A stretch of DNA of 62,245 nucleotides, filler included, from Sluysia triapertura (GCA_046118255.1; 5 parts of 5 records of this genome joined end to end with filler, not necessarily neighbours in it), one strand, 5' to 3'; counted from the whole stretch's first letter, positions 25,887 through 40,470 are shown. The notes: generated by a model not told the origin, from the sequence alone. Numbers and translations are program-made.

Positions 25887-27677
25887 ATATATATATATAT
25901 ATATATATATATTAATTAGAATAATAATTTTTCATAAACATCAAAAATTATTAGGCAAAGAGAATATACTTTTTTAATGTTTCTACTAATGACAAAGATT
26001 TATTAGTTGCAGAAAACCTTTACTAATTAAAAATGATTCGCTGTAATGTAAGTTAAAAATATTTTATTGATATATATATATGAAAAAAACAAAAATGTAA
26101 AATCGAAGTTAATTTGTCGAAAATACTTCAACTTTTATAAACCAAAAAATGTAACTCCAATAACATTTGTAAAAGATCGTAACTCCTTATTTATACATTG
26201 AATATGATCTAATTATTTCTAGAAAGAATCGTGATTCATCGATAAATATGTCTTCATTAAAAAGTGCATTATTTCTAATCTATAAAATATTTGATTTGGC
26301 TTCTGTTAGAGTTGTAGATTTTTGCAGGAACTTTGATAAAAGTTTCACTATCTACTTTAATCAATCTATATTATACTTTAATGTTACATGTTTGATGTTT
26401 CAGACTTCGAAATACTGAAATACTTTTATTTATCTTAAGATAAAGTTAAAAATAAATTAAAACTAAACCACAGTAATTTTATTTACGATACTTGAATCAA
26501 AACAAAATAAAATACAATTTAAATGTTTATTTATTTGTTTTAATTTCATGTTTACAGATAAAAGCAATAAATGATTTAACTAAAATTTTATTTACTGATT
26601 TTGTACGTCAAATTCGAACTAAAAATCTTACTTGTTCAATCAAATAAATAGCTGATATTTGTACTACAATAAAATAGTTCGATGTTAGCTTTGTTCAGTG
26701 GTAAACATAAAATACTAAATTTGTCTCAGTTTTTGCCCAAATTCTAACAATAAATCAAAATCTTCTTACCAAATGATCATAATGAGAATTCACAAACAGG
26801 GAATTTTAATAAAGAAAATTCGTTAAAAATACTTTATTCAAACTCCACCTTATCCAAATTGTACCATATTTATCCCAACTCCAACAAGAAGAAATTTTAA
26901 ATAAATAAACAATTGTTAATCAATAGTAATATTTATATTATTCATCAAAATAATTAATAAATAGATAAATAGCTTTATGGTATTGATGTTTTGTTTGTTA
27001 GTTTAATGTAGGATTAATTTTTAGTCTGAATTGCAATATATTACTAATAAACACAATATTAATTTTTAACTAGTAATAAATTATATCATAATTTTCAGAC
27101 GAATGAAACATTAATAAATATAAATATATTATTAATAAATATATTAATTTTAAATCAATAGCATAATAAATTACAATGTTTATTTGTAATTGAATTTCAA
27201 TTTATAATAATTTTTGTCGATCATAATGCTTTTAATTTTTCATATTCCTTTTCTCTACTCTGCCTAATCTTAATTTAAAGTGATTTTTATCTAATATAAT
27301 GTTTTTTATCGATTACATATTATACTCTATTTAATCCTACTTGAACATGATTTTATTTTATTGCATAATATTCTAAATCTTATTTTTAAAATGATTTTGA
27401 TCTAACATTATGCTCTTAAAATTTAATTTCATATTATTTCTATCTAATCTTACTTTAGAATGATTTTATTTATTTAATTAGGTGCCTTTATACAATCTCA
27501 ATTTATTAATAAATTTTGATTTTATATTATCTCTACTTAATCTCAATTTTAAATTGTTTGATTTGAATATCAAACATTAAAATGATTATTATTAATGAGC
27601 ATTATGTTTACATAATCAATATTTCATTTTCGTAAGCAATATTTACTATAAATAATTATTTTGCCAAGTAATAATTA

Positions 27678-28025
27678 TTTGTTATCAATCTATAACTATA
27701 TTCCATTTCCATAATTAAATATTTTTTGTAATATTTACCTATTCTATATGTTTCTATATATAGTTATTTACCCATTTATATAAATAAATCAATAAATAGT
27801 ACTTGTTATCAATTTGTATCTATATTCCATTTTCATATTTAAATATTTTTTGTAATATTTACCTATTCTATATATGTTTATATATATAGTCATTTACCAT
27901 TTCTATAAATAAATCAATAAATACTATTTGTTATCAATCTGTAACTATATTCAATTTCCGTAAATAATTAAATCAATATTATTTGTAATCAATATTTAAC
28001 TAAATTCCATTTCCATAAATAATTA
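27678..28025. repeat. Minisatellite, ~124-bp unit with internal sub-repeats
   Basis: TTGTTATCAATyTrTAwCTATATTCCATTT...AAATATTTTTTGTAATATTTACCTATTCTATAT...ATAAATAAATCAATAAATA repeated about 2.5 times. Confidence 0.85.
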
Positions 28026-31000
28026 TTTTTTAATTAACGAGCAGAAAACATTGACATAACACTGTTCATGTTTCACTATCGATAAGAGAACATTAAAATA
28101 GCTGTAAATCTCATTATTGTCACTTATATTGATTGTTATTTTGTTACTCATCAAAAGAAAAAGTTGACGGATATTGAACACCTAAGATGTATAAACCCAA
28201 CAGAAACTCGACATAGAATAGTTTAAGAATGTAAATAATGATTTAACAAATTTTACTATCAGAAATATCAATTAAATAAGTATCAACGATTATTTATTTT
28301 ATATTTTAGCTAATCCACAATTTCTTAGGATACCACTGAATGCAAGAAACGTCTTTATTCACATCGTTTTTTAAGAAAAAACAAAATGAATTTTTATTGC
28401 CAGAAGCAGTACAATAAAAAATGATTGGCGATCATGTATGACCATTGATTAGTGAAATAAAACAAAAATAGAAATCACTTTGTATTGCATAGCTATGAAT
28501 AAGTGGTTCTGGAAATATTATTTTTCTTCTGCCACATTTCAAGTCATAACAAATCATGATGAGGCAAAACAAATCAATTTCTTTTTTTTGAAGTAAATTA
28601 AATTAAAATGTTAAATACAAAATCAAAATTTTGAATTGAAAATAAACATTAATTATATTTTATAATATAATAATTGTAATATTGAGAAACATTTTAAAAT
28701 ATCTCAAATAAAAGTTCAATATTATTAGTATAAGCGCTATTCTTAAGACGTTTTTGTATTAAGTCGCTATTTTTGTATTGATTTCCAAATTTTTTTTCGA
28801 GTAATTTCTCAATAAATTGCAAAAGTCAACATGAAATCAATTAAGCAATAGAACATCTTCTTAAATCAGCATTTCCTAATAAGTAATTATTAATCTAACT
28901 ATTTATAGATCAAAAAATGAAAATGTTTGCTTGTTTGAGACATATACTCGGTGCTGCAACACTTTTCGTATGGCTATTCAAATATAGCTATACCCAATAA
29001 TAATAACAACAATAATAATAATAATAATTTATGATTTTAGGCTAACAAATGGGATCAAAGATAAAATCATCGAAAGGATAGTAAAAGCTACATAACGAAT
29101 GAATATTAAGATATTAATGTGTATACGAAAATTGGAAAATCATTAATTAATAAAACTGTTGATTTTAGTGTTTCATTTGTTTTAATAAAACGATAATACA
29201 TGGGGATTTCTATTTTTCTTCGAAATTATGCTTTTTGGTATAATTGTTCATCGTAAAACAATTGCAGTTGATAACAAAAATATAGTGAAAAGTAAAAAGT
29301 GTATGTTTGCACTAATTAAATGTCGTATAAATTGCGCCATAGTTTTAATTAAGTTTAATCCAATTTCTTAATTGATATTCATTTATTGCCGCTGTGGCTT
29401 AATTAATTTAGAAGCACTTTAAATATTGAATTTGTTGGGATATTTAGTGAATTAAAGTAGGGCATATTTGAAAAATAATACTTCATTGTTAATAAAATAA
29501 ACATTTTAAGTACATAGTTATTGAGATTTTCTTTATTTAGTTGTACAAATAATTTATAAATATTTCAAAATAATAATATAACTACTACAACTTATATATT
29601 ATTATTATTATTAATTAATTAATTAATTAACTACAAAATAATTACAAATTATATTACTTTCTTTTGGACAAATTGTGTGAACAGTTTTTTTAATGTTTTA
29701 ATTACTGACAATATTGAGTTTTTTATCTTTTGAAACTTAGTAATTGTTTGTTTTTCTGTTTGATTCATTGTTGAATATTAATATTGTTATTTTGGCTTTA
29801 TTTATTATGTTTTACTTTTTCTTACTTATTTTTATTTATTTTATATTACTCTACTTCTAAGTCTGTGATCTATTAAATTAAAATATAAAAGTAGAATTCT
29901 GAAAATATTTACGATATAAAATCTGTTTTTACTTGTGTAAAATTGTTAGGTGACAATTGTCAACATCAAATAATATGAAAACAGCATATTTTGTAAAATG
30001 TTGTGTCAATTATATCAGATTATAAATGATCAAATTCAAATAATGTCACAATGTATTTAAATGTATTTCTTTTAAAATTGAAATTTATCAAAATTACTTA
30101 TTCTTTTCTCAAAAATATAAATGACCGACGAAAACCATACAAAAAGTATAAAGTACAATATTTTATTTAAATGATTCAGATATCGAAGGAATCAATTATG
30201 TATATGTTTTATAAAATATGTAACAAAGAATCAAACATTAGTAATTTCAAAAATAAATCTTGTACTTGCTCCAACACTTATGTGAAATTAGAGTCTAAAA
30301 TAATTAGTCAATTTTGTTAGGTTGACGTCACAGTCCCGACTGGGAAAATAATAAAAATGATTTTAATTAAAAAATTATCTACTTATTAAAATAAGTAGAT
30401 ACTAATTTAAAAATATTTAATTATAATTACTTATTAAAGTAAGAAAATAATAATTTTAAGACAATAATTGGCAGGCAAACTGTTTATAATCAGATTGACC
30501 GAGAATCAGTGTAACTTAGAACACATAATTTTAGTCGCTGATTTTACTTTCAAAATTTTGTATCTAAATTCACTGCTAGTCATTTTATCAGCTACATTAC
30601 ATTTCAAATTGACGGACAAAGGATATTCAAAACAAAAATTCTGATTTATTCTTTTTGCGACGTAACTGTTTTAATGGTTATGCAATGTTAAACCGAATAG
30701 ATTGAGTTAACTCCGTTGTTTGAAAACTTCAAAATGTGACTCATATGATTGTGACAGCTTATGTATTTCATTCATAGAATATAATGTTAGAATTACTTTT
30801 CGGAGTAGTTAATTAATAAATATACTTCACAAAGAAATTTTGTATCACCCTATCATTAATGAACATAATTAATGTGGTGGTCAACCCTTAACATTATTAA
30901 AATTTGATAAATATAACCTTTAACATTCCAATATTCACACATTATCTCATTCACAATCTTATAACTTGCACTTCACATTTACATTCAATACCACCAAATT

Positions 31001-31709
31001 ACACCAACAAATCCATCATAAACACGTTACTCGATATTCACAATAATCAAACAACAACTACATTTGAAATTATATACTCGATACCTTCGAATCAATTACA
31101 ACACCTTTGTCATTATATAATCACCAACAACACAAAATACAACATCACTTAAAAACAACACATAAACAAATCACATAAGACAGTGCACAGTAACCTTTTA
31201 AATATACCAAGAATTGTATTATAATCTACCTTTTCACATTTACTAAACTTCACTCTTCTTTATAGGTCTTTTATCCACGATTTTCCAGTACTCAAATGTC
31301 GTTCTCAATCAAGAACTTAAACCACTATACAAAAATCTATTCTAACATTCTCAGTTTCACTAAACAACATAAAACTATTAACATATAAATTCATGTAAAC
31401 TAATCCTTGTCCAAAGATTTTAGCTCATTACAATATGTTTAGAATTTTAACAATTAAAGGAAGATCGTGTTTTGTAAAAGATACAAGAGATTTATGCATT
31501 TTTTAAATATTTTCTTAGTAAAATAATATTAATAATGATAATAACATTATTGTTGTTGTTATTATTATTATAAAATCTCATTTGTTTCGTTTAATTCAAT
31601 TACTTTCGTTCATCAAAAATCGTTACTACCATTGTTCATTACTGTTGTCACATTTATGTCAGCACTAATGATGGCTAATAATTTACAGCAACCATTTTGT
31701 ATCAGTGTT

Positions 31710-31775
31710 ATTGGCCATCCAACCAGAATCAAGTTTATAAATTTCCAGACAGACAATTCTGGTTGGATGGCCAAT
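31710..31775. repeat. Perfect 20-bp inverted repeat with 26-nt spacer
   Basis: ATTGGCCATCCAACCAGAAT (31710-31729) / ATTCTGGTTGGATGGCCAAT (31756-31775). Confidence 0.92.
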
Positions 31776-31855
31776 TACTGATCATCTAACATTAAAAATT
31801 AATTGTTAAAATCACAAATTTTCAAGTGATTACAAAAATAACAAAATAAAATTGA

Positions 31856-32299
31856 ATGAAGATAACTCAAAAATCAGAAACAATTGATACAATCAACTCG
31901 CTTCTATCTACTGTTAGAAATTTTAACCTCCAATTTGATCATAATACAATTACTATTATTACACTTAATCCTTGTAATTCATTGAAAATTGGCCAGTATT
32001 TCCGTGATATTTTATTTATCGGATTTTACAATGAAACATTCTGGTTTAATGATTTAGTTAGCTTATTCACCGTGAGAAGACTTTGCACTAATGATAAGAT
32101 TTATTTAGTAGACCAATGTTTGAAAGATTATAAATCAATATTAGTATTAAATGATCTTAGGCTTAGTAGTCATAACGAATCATCCATAGGAAATTATAAA
32201 GCAATTCAGAAGTTAACATACAAGTTCAACGTTGAACCGATCAAACTGGTTACATTAACTAGTCCAATTTCAATTCAATTAGTCCATTATTCTTATTAG
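31856..32299 (+). CDS. Orphan intronless ORF (147 aa), function unknown
   Basis: ATG-initiated, non-repetitive 444-nt ORF in very AT-rich DNA, 80 nt downstream of the CCAAT inverted repeat; no family recognised with confidence. Confidence 0.35.
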   Translation: MKITQKSETIDTINSLLSTVRNFNLQFDHNTITIITLNPCNSLKIGQYFRDILFIGFYNETFWFNDLVSLFTVRRLCTNDKIYLVDQCLKDYKSILVLNDLRLSSHNESSIGNYKAIQKLTYKFNVEPIKLVTLTSPISIQLVHYSY

Positions 32300-32507
32300 A
32301 ATCCTTTTATTTTATCAATACAAGAGAACAGCTGATAAAATTTAGTCATAATAATTGTTCTAGCACTACGAACTCACAACTATATCTATCGAGTTTTTCT
32401 GTGAAACCAATAGATGATCTAGTTAAAAAGCTAATGAGTACACCTCATTTAAAGATGATGAAAAAGACATTCTCTTTGTTCAGACAACTTCATGTCAATG
32501 GCGTTAT

Positions 32508-32897
32508 TTGTTCTATTCATCTTATCATTATGAACCAATTATATATTTTGAAATTAATTTAGGCTACATGAAAAACGTTCCCGCTTCTGAACCAAAATTA
32601 AAAAGTAGTAATGATGATTTTACAGTTAATGTACTTCCTCATTTCAGTGAAGAATATTTAAAAGTGCATTATGTTGATCGTGTCGAAATGATTTTATTAA
32701 CCATATCGTTTTATGAACAAGGTGTAATTCAAGGACCTATATCCACCGTGCCATTTTACAGATATATGAGGTTACACACAACTTGGCGTAATACTAAACA
32801 ATTCAAGGAACTTATTTTGACATGTTCAACAAACAGTGATCTCGTGCCTTCGTTAGAACTGAATCATACATACGTTCGGAATTATCATTATGAGTGA
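32508..32897 (+). other. Orphan ORF remnant (129 aa), function unknown
   Basis: Protein-like composition; frame extends upstream (ANEYTSFKDDEKDILFVQTTSCQWRYL). Confidence 0.3.
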
Positions 32898-34401
32898 AAT
32901 GATATTAATATTGAGTACGGAATTAATATTAAAACGTGCGTCTCTGAAATCCAAAATTGTGTACCAGAATTATATAATTGGGAGAATAGCCAAAACCAAA
33001 ATATGTAAATTTTTGTTTTATTAAAAAATATTATAATTTATATTACTATTTAAATATATATGATCGTTTTGAAGCCCGGGAACATGGTGTTAATCAGGGT
33101 ACAGCGATGAATATCTTCACTAGTAACTTCAAATTTAATAAAATTTTCTTAGTTATTTTCCAATGTGCTACTTATTTTCGTAAATCATGTAATAATAAAT
33201 TAGCTAATAGTCGTGTATCTTTTATATTTAATGAATACCATATTAATAACCGTATGAAAGGATATATAAATTTAAAATTTATTTCGTCAAAAATAAATAA
33301 AATTCTACTTAACTTCGATGAAAACAACAAGATAACTCCAATATATCAAACCTTAACTTACTTAAAAGATCCTTAGGGATTTTAATTGTAAAATATCAAT
33401 TTTTATTGTTATTGCTATTTGATTACGTTCTTTCACTGCATTATAGCTGTTAATAAAGTTTAATTAATATTCAGTTTAATCGAAGTTAAATCATATAAGA
33501 AGTTGATTAATCGATTATGATAGTAGGAAATAGTTTTCATAAGTTTAAGAAGAATTGCGTTTAATAAAATTGGAATTAGATTGATTAAAATAGTCATTCA
33601 AAAGACCCTCTTAAGATTACAAAAAATTAGAATTATCAAAGTAGTCATAATTGTAATATTTATATTAAAATTTTCATATTAAATTTTACGTTAAGATTTT
33701 CTCTATTTATAACATAAGACGTTTATTCTAACCGGACTCCGCTCAGTTTTATTTTTCCGCAGGTTAGGAATTAAGAAAACCACAGAATCTTCATTTAAAT
33801 GGACGTGAAGCATGTCATCTCTATAATAACATGGTTTTCTGAAAAACATAACTTCTGACATTCTCAATAGCATTCGTCTTCCTCGTTTCATTAATTATTT
33901 CATAATTTTCTAAATTATAGTTCCATGGAACCAGAAATTTAAATTTACATTCAAATTTAAACGTTTATTTCGCACGACAAAGCTAGCTTCATCTTTTTCG
34001 TTTAGTTCATTTGAAGTATGGTAACATATATATTGAACATCTAAATCATCAACAGGTGTTCGTCATGTCTCTTTTTTGATACCTTTTTTCTAGAATCCTT
34101 TTAGTTGATACACTATTCAAGAAACTGATCATAATCACGAAACTGATTAATTATGAAACATTTATTTAGTGATACGTTATGATATTGTTTATAGAAGGTG
34201 AGATCGTTACCGACTTATCGTTTATTTGATTATTTATTAACACATTTATTAAATAACAATTATAAAATTTAAATTTTGAGGAATTAAAATTTACCCGATA
34301 AATTAGGGAAGATGAACACATGCGAAGATAACACATAAACACATAACATTTAATGGTATAAGAGATTGAATTACGAAAAGAAATAGAATTAATAGCAACT
34401 C

Positions 34402-34722
34402 TTACTTTGATCTTTTTGCAATCTGATCAGGTGAGATGTGACAAAAGTTGCAGGATTGAATTGACACTTTCAGTTTGACCTCTTCTAGTAGTAGGTTTGA
34501 TTCGATGTCCAATTTCATTTCACTTGTTTTACATGTTATATTAATTAGCTCTGGTACTATTGCATCAACTCTTTGATTACGTGTAACTTCAATTATTATT
34601 TCAACACTTCCACAAAGAACAATTATCATACAACCAACATTCTTTAGGTCATTTACTACTCTTAAAGGTCTTCGAACATTTTGTAATTGTTCACTGTTCA
34701 CATTATCGTCATTGTTAGTCAT
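34402..34722 (-). other. Orphan ORF (106 aa), function unknown
   Basis: ATG-initiated, protein-like composition; upstream acceptor-like TTTACAG near 34780. Confidence 0.3.
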
Positions 34723-36224
34723 TGATTTGTTTTCTTACATTAACTGGTATTTTGAATTGTTCAAGTGATCGATTTGCTTCTGTAAATAAAATAATTTATG
34801 AAGATATATTTGTAAATAAAATAATTTATGTAGATAGTTAATTTAAAAAACATTTTATTGTAAATATTTTAATAATAGAAAGTTTTATAAAAATTATTAC
34901 GGAAAATCAATTACAAAAAGGAAATTTATATTATAAATCTTTATTTAAAATCGTAATGAATAAATATTTATATTCGCATTTATATTCGAAAACTGATATT
35001 TATATTATTTATAAAATAGACGTTATATTTGTTTAAAAATTTTTAAATAATTAAAAGGATATTTATATTATATTTAGTTGTTTTATAAATAATAATTATT
35101 CGAAAAAGGAAGGTAATATTTATTAAATAAACATTTGAATTTATTTCAACGGAAATTTAAATTTGAAAAAAGGTATAAAAGGCTTAATCTAATTTGATAA
35201 TGTCACAAGAAAATAAAGAAACTTTTAACACTAACGTTACAATTTGGTTTTACGATTCTACAAATTGATTTTTCGATCATACTTGGTTATATTTGGCTAT
35301 ATTTGGTTTTTTCGATCATATTTGGTTACGGCAACAAAATCGGCAGACAGTTTTTCTATTAGATTAAGTAAGCCTATATTGATAAGTTTTTTGACCCTGT
35401 TTTGCACGGTCTTAAAATCATACTCAAAATCACTATCATATTTGTTTTTAGAAAAAACTCAAAGGTAAACTATGAGTCAAAATCGTACAGCAAATTTTAA
35501 AATTGTATTTTTATTATATTATATTTTGATTTCAATTTGTATCTACTTATAATATTATAAATTATCTTGTTACTTGAATTTTTTATACTCTTCACGTTTA
35601 AGAAACAATTACATTTTTTATAATAAAAATTCCCATACGTTTTGTTTTTTGGTTTTATTTTTAAATACAGATAATTAGGGATTTAATAAAATACAAAGAA
35701 GTATTAAATAGAACGAAAGAAATAAATTAAAAAGTTATTAACCATTATTGATTAGAAAATTAAGAGGATTAAAAGTTAAAAATACAGTTATTGATATAAA
35801 GACTCTGAAATATAGTTTTAAATTAAAATAGTCAAGAGTTTGCACCGTTAAAAATATAATTTATTAACCTTAAAGAAAAGATAAGGAGTATACTTTAAGA
35901 GATATATTAAAGGATTAAAAAGATAAAGAGCATAGTTATTAAATAAGATAACTAGCAATGCGCACAAGAGTTTTTCCGACCTTCAGTTTTTTGACAAGCT
36001 TTAAATCCTACGTGAACGTCCTTATAGGTAAGATATATCGTTTAGCGTAGGCGGACCCAGCTTCTAAAATTTATTTTATAATTGTTTGAGTAGATAAAAA
36101 CCGAACATGAATAACATTGTGAAATTAGTTAATGATAAACGTTATCAGTCTTCGATGAAACAATATTAAATTTTTGTACTTTTTTGTAATCAATTTGTGC
36201 AATAAAACAAGGTTCGATTTTGTT

Positions 36225-36290
36225 TGGGGCCCGCGAAAGTTTATGAACTAAATGTTTTGCCTTCGTGTGTATGCGAGTTTGACACCACTG
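36225..36290 (-). mobile_element. hAT (Charlie/Buster-type) element terminus
   Basis: Minus strand CAGTGGTGTCAAACTC; flanked by ATCTAGAC (nTCTAGAn-type target). Confidence 0.7.
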
Positions 36291-36729
36291 ATCTAGACTA
36301 AGATAATAGTGCAAAAAGATTGGAATAATGGTTACCTTTTCTGTAAGAAGGCTAGTTAAATGCAATAGTGTCAATCACTGATTGAATCTTAGAGTTCTTT
36401 AGTAACTGACCTATTCTTCGTTAGATGGGTCTTCATTGTTTATTTATTATTCTTTGAGTACTAACATTTATATGTTGTGTAACCATTGAGATTGAGTATA
36501 ATTGATTTATATTTTATAGAATTATTTTGATATTGATTTATATTGAATTATAATTAATTGTTATAAAATACTTATTTATATTGAGTTAACTATTATTTGA
36601 TTACTATTGTGATACACTTTGTTGTGTAATAATATAATATATTGAGATTCAGGCTCATTTAATTGTGTTATATAATTATCATTGTTAATTTAAATAATTT
36701 TTTTATTTGTTAAATTAATTTCATTTATG

Positions 36730-36829
36730 NNNNNNNNNNNNNNNNNNNNNNNNNNNNNNNNNNNNNNNNNNNNTTAATTAATTAANNNNNNNNNNNNNNN
36801 NNNNNNNNNNNNNNNNNNNNNNNNNNNNN
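36730..36829. other. Artificial contig linker
   Basis: N44-TTAATTAATTAA-N44. Confidence 0.97.
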
Positions 36830-36879
36830 TGTTTATGTTCAATGTTCATTATTAACTAATCTAAACATTTTCATTTTAT

Positions 36880-37260
36880 ATTTAACAATAATCTTCCAGC
36901 AATTCTTTGGTAACTGGTTATATATGTTTGAAACATAAACCGTATATACAACCTATCACCTTACTTGATATCACTGTAGATTCTATATAAATTATTATGT
37001 CTCAATGAAATATTCATCTTGGTTTTCAATTTTTTATTATTTCTAAGAGACATTCAGGACTTCCGTAATGTAAGCATTTGTAAATTACTGTCATGATTTT
37101 GAATTCTATTCTTGCTTTTATTGGCAACCAATGTAATTCCTTAAGATAAGGTGCTATATGAGATCTTCTTCCAACTTGGAGAATTGGTCTTGCTGCTTGA
37201 TTAATTATTAATTGTAATTTTTGCACTTTTCTATCTGAAATTGAGTAAAATAAAGTTTTA
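36880..37260 (-). mobile_element. 5'-truncated non-LTR retrotransposon (CR1/L2-group) ORF2 C-terminal remnant
   Basis: KLQLIINQAARPIL...SHIAPYLKELHWLPIKARIEFKIMTVIYKCLH matches LQxxQNxAAR...HIxPxLxxLHWLPxxxRIxFK; downstream YNQLP. Confidence 0.88.
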
Positions 37261-37932
37261 AATATGAAATAATATTAATTAATTATTAATTATTGTATTA
37301 TTAATTGTAGTAATCGTATCTTATTTGATACCACTTAAATAAAATAAAATACCTGACAATGACAGTACCTTTTATAAAGATCACGATTATTTTCAATAAA
37401 TAAACAATAAAAACATAAAATACAACTAATTAAAAATATAATGATTTATTTCATAAAATTTTAGGTTATATTTTAAAACATAAATATAATAAAATATAAT
37501 AAATATAACATATAATAAATAAATTTAGTAAATAAAGCTATTTATCGAGAAAAAATTAACGAATAAAATTTGTTTGGTAAATTTATTTTACTTTTTCCAT
37601 AATTTAATTTATTCTATTTATTTATTCTGTTTAGATTTTGTTTACCAAAAATTTTTCAGAGTCAAATTTGGACTTAGTATTAAACTTTGATACTTTACAA
37701 GCATTTCGATAATCTCTTTTCATTTCGACATTTTTTCTTCTTTTGTTTTTCATTCTTCTATATGGATCCAAAATGCCATTTCTTCATTTTCTTTCTCTTT
37801 ATTTATCTTTTTATTATTTATTATATTTATCTTTCTCTTTTTAAAGAAATTTTGCATTTAAAAAAATTTATATGTATTATCATTAAACATCAGAGTGTAC
37901 TTAAGTTGTACATCAAATTAAATAAATTGCAA

Positions 37933-37995
<63 letters not shown>
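37933..37995. repeat. (AAT)n microsatellite
   Basis: Direct inspection. Confidence 0.95.
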
Positions 37996-37997
<2 letters not shown>

Positions 37998-39559
37998 AAT
38001 TTCAATTATTAAAGGTTTTATAAGGATTTATTAATGAAATTTAAATTGTGTAAGATGTAGAGTTAAAATTCTAATTCTAAAGAAGTATTTTTAATAATTA
38101 TAATAATATAATCATTATTATTTTATAAATAATGTGTTTTGTTTTCTTAAAAGTAAGACTTACCGGTTAGGGCTGACCGTCAGATTTTAGAAGCAATTAA
38201 GAGTGGAGATCAAATGTAAAAATCATATTAAATCAGTATTCTTATAAAGGATTCTTAAAAGGATTCAAAATTAACATATTTTACGATGCCGATAAAATTC
38301 GGCGGAATGTACAATGTTAATTGTAGGTATTTTAAAATTATTAAAAACAAAAGTTTGAATCACTAAAGTGTATTACAAAACAATGAGGTTATTACAATAA
38401 AGACGTAAGTATCAGATAATAATATTACAAAATTAACTCAAAACAGTTAATTCAATCGATTAATTATTTTAATAATGATTTTATGGAGGAATTATTAAAA
38501 AGTTCCACATTTGATTACAAAATTAAATTTAAGTCAAATGATACTATGTAACTAACAGGTAGGAATCTTAAAAATAATAAACTAACGATTGACTAATTTA
38601 AATAAAAGAAATCAGTTCCTTGAATCTTCCGAAAATAGATTTTTCTCAAAATTGAACTTTTAAAAAATTGTAAAAGATTTTGTTTGCTATCTTATATACT
38701 ATTCTGAAACTGATCTTGGTTTGTTTAATTAATTTAATGATTTAAACAAAGTTATAAATAATTTTCAATTAAATAAAATGTTAAATTTAATAATTTTTTT
38801 AATTAAATAAGTAATTTTCATAATGAAATTACTTACAAGTTAATTAAAATCCGAATTAATATAAATTTTTCAAAATTTCAATATAGATTTTCAAGTATTA
38901 ATATTTATAATACATTTTACACAAAAATAATCAATAATCAATATCTATAAATAATTTTCAATATTTAAATACACAAAAAAAATCAATACTCACATACGTA
39001 CAAATAAATAATCGTATAAATACCTACAAACAGCATATTATTATTGACATAACTTTAGCTAAAAATTAAAATTTAACTGAACTATTTATATATACCGCAT
39101 TTCCTCGAAAGTATGACCTAGTGTGATGTTTCAGGAATATTTTAATTTAAGACTAAAATAAACCCTGGTTGATAGTCATTTAGGATACCTAGTAGAAGTC
39201 AATGAATGGCCTGAGATGACGTTAAATGCACTATTTAGTATATACTTCTGTATTTAAAGCACGATTATAGAAAATTCCGGTTCATTTTCTGACTGTGACT
39301 GACTATAACAAGATTCTGATTCTGATTCACTTTCAGACAATCTTCCAAGTAAGATTTTATCAATTTGGATCATAATTGAATTATTGATACGAAAATTTTG
39401 TATATTTACATTGCCGATTTTTAAGTTAACCTTATAAAAGTTCATTAATTTAAATTCTCATTCACAAAATATGATGTTATGCTTAAAATCGTAATATAAA
39501 AAGTTACAAATATCAAAATGTATTTATTTCGATTAACACTAAAATTGATAATAAAGTTA

Positions 39560-40470
39560 TCGATATTGGGCGAAATACTTTTTGGATAATGCGCCGTTTC
39601 TTTCTTAGGTTGTCGACTTCTAGAATAAAAAAATAAAAATTAAGAATTATAATTAATTTAAAATTTCTGTTATTTTAATCAATCGAATCTCACCGTCAAC
39701 TTCATTGTAGTTCTTTTTACGTACTGAATTGCTGATTTTGTTGCCATCGAGGATGGTTTTTACAAGAGTCTGCATATGCTGAGCGTGTTCGTGGAAGATA
39801 AATATATTAGTGTCGATATAATTAATTTGATCAACAGTATGGAAATATTCTCATAATGATCCAGACTTGATGCATAGACCTATCTCGTTGGATTGGAATG
39901 GGTTCTGATTTTCTTGACTTGAAATGAAATTGTTTATCGATATAGTTTTAAACGAATTATTAATGATCATGTTGATCTAAGTTTCCTCAATGTGTCGGGG
40001 AATACTTATTGGAAAATATATAATACTAATTTTGGTTAATATATTTATATTTTCACCGTAAAAAATGAGGCGGTACAGCTTCCAAGTATAGTTTTATCTT
40101 TGATACATTTTCAACTATTCTCGAATTATTAGTTAGTATAACTTTATTGCTAACACTTCGCATATTCAATGTTCTCACTTTTCTCGTTGAATTTCCAATT
40201 AAAATTAAAATAAACTTGTCTTGATTATCAGCTGAATACATGGATCCATTATCTTCTTCCTTTGTGTAATTAACAACTCGTCTTACTTCATCTTTAACTT
40301 TTATTAACAAATGATTATCATCATTACTGGTTGATCAGAATCTTGCATACGTACACACACAACTTGACTGTCTGGAAAATAATACTTGATTTCAAATGAT
40401 GCTGTTATCTTAATGACCGAATGATTTGCATCAACAAGAATTTCATGACATACAATTGTGTTCTCTTTTC
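39560..40470 (-). pseudogene. Decayed orphan multi-exon gene of unknown family
   Basis: Long near-open frames broken by single stops (KENTIVCHEILVDANHSVIK...RF*STSNDDNHLLIKVKDEVRR...; NFISSQENQNPF...SL*EYFHTVDQ...NEVD) and a clean G|gtgag...ttctag intron at ~39620-39693. Confidence 0.4.
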
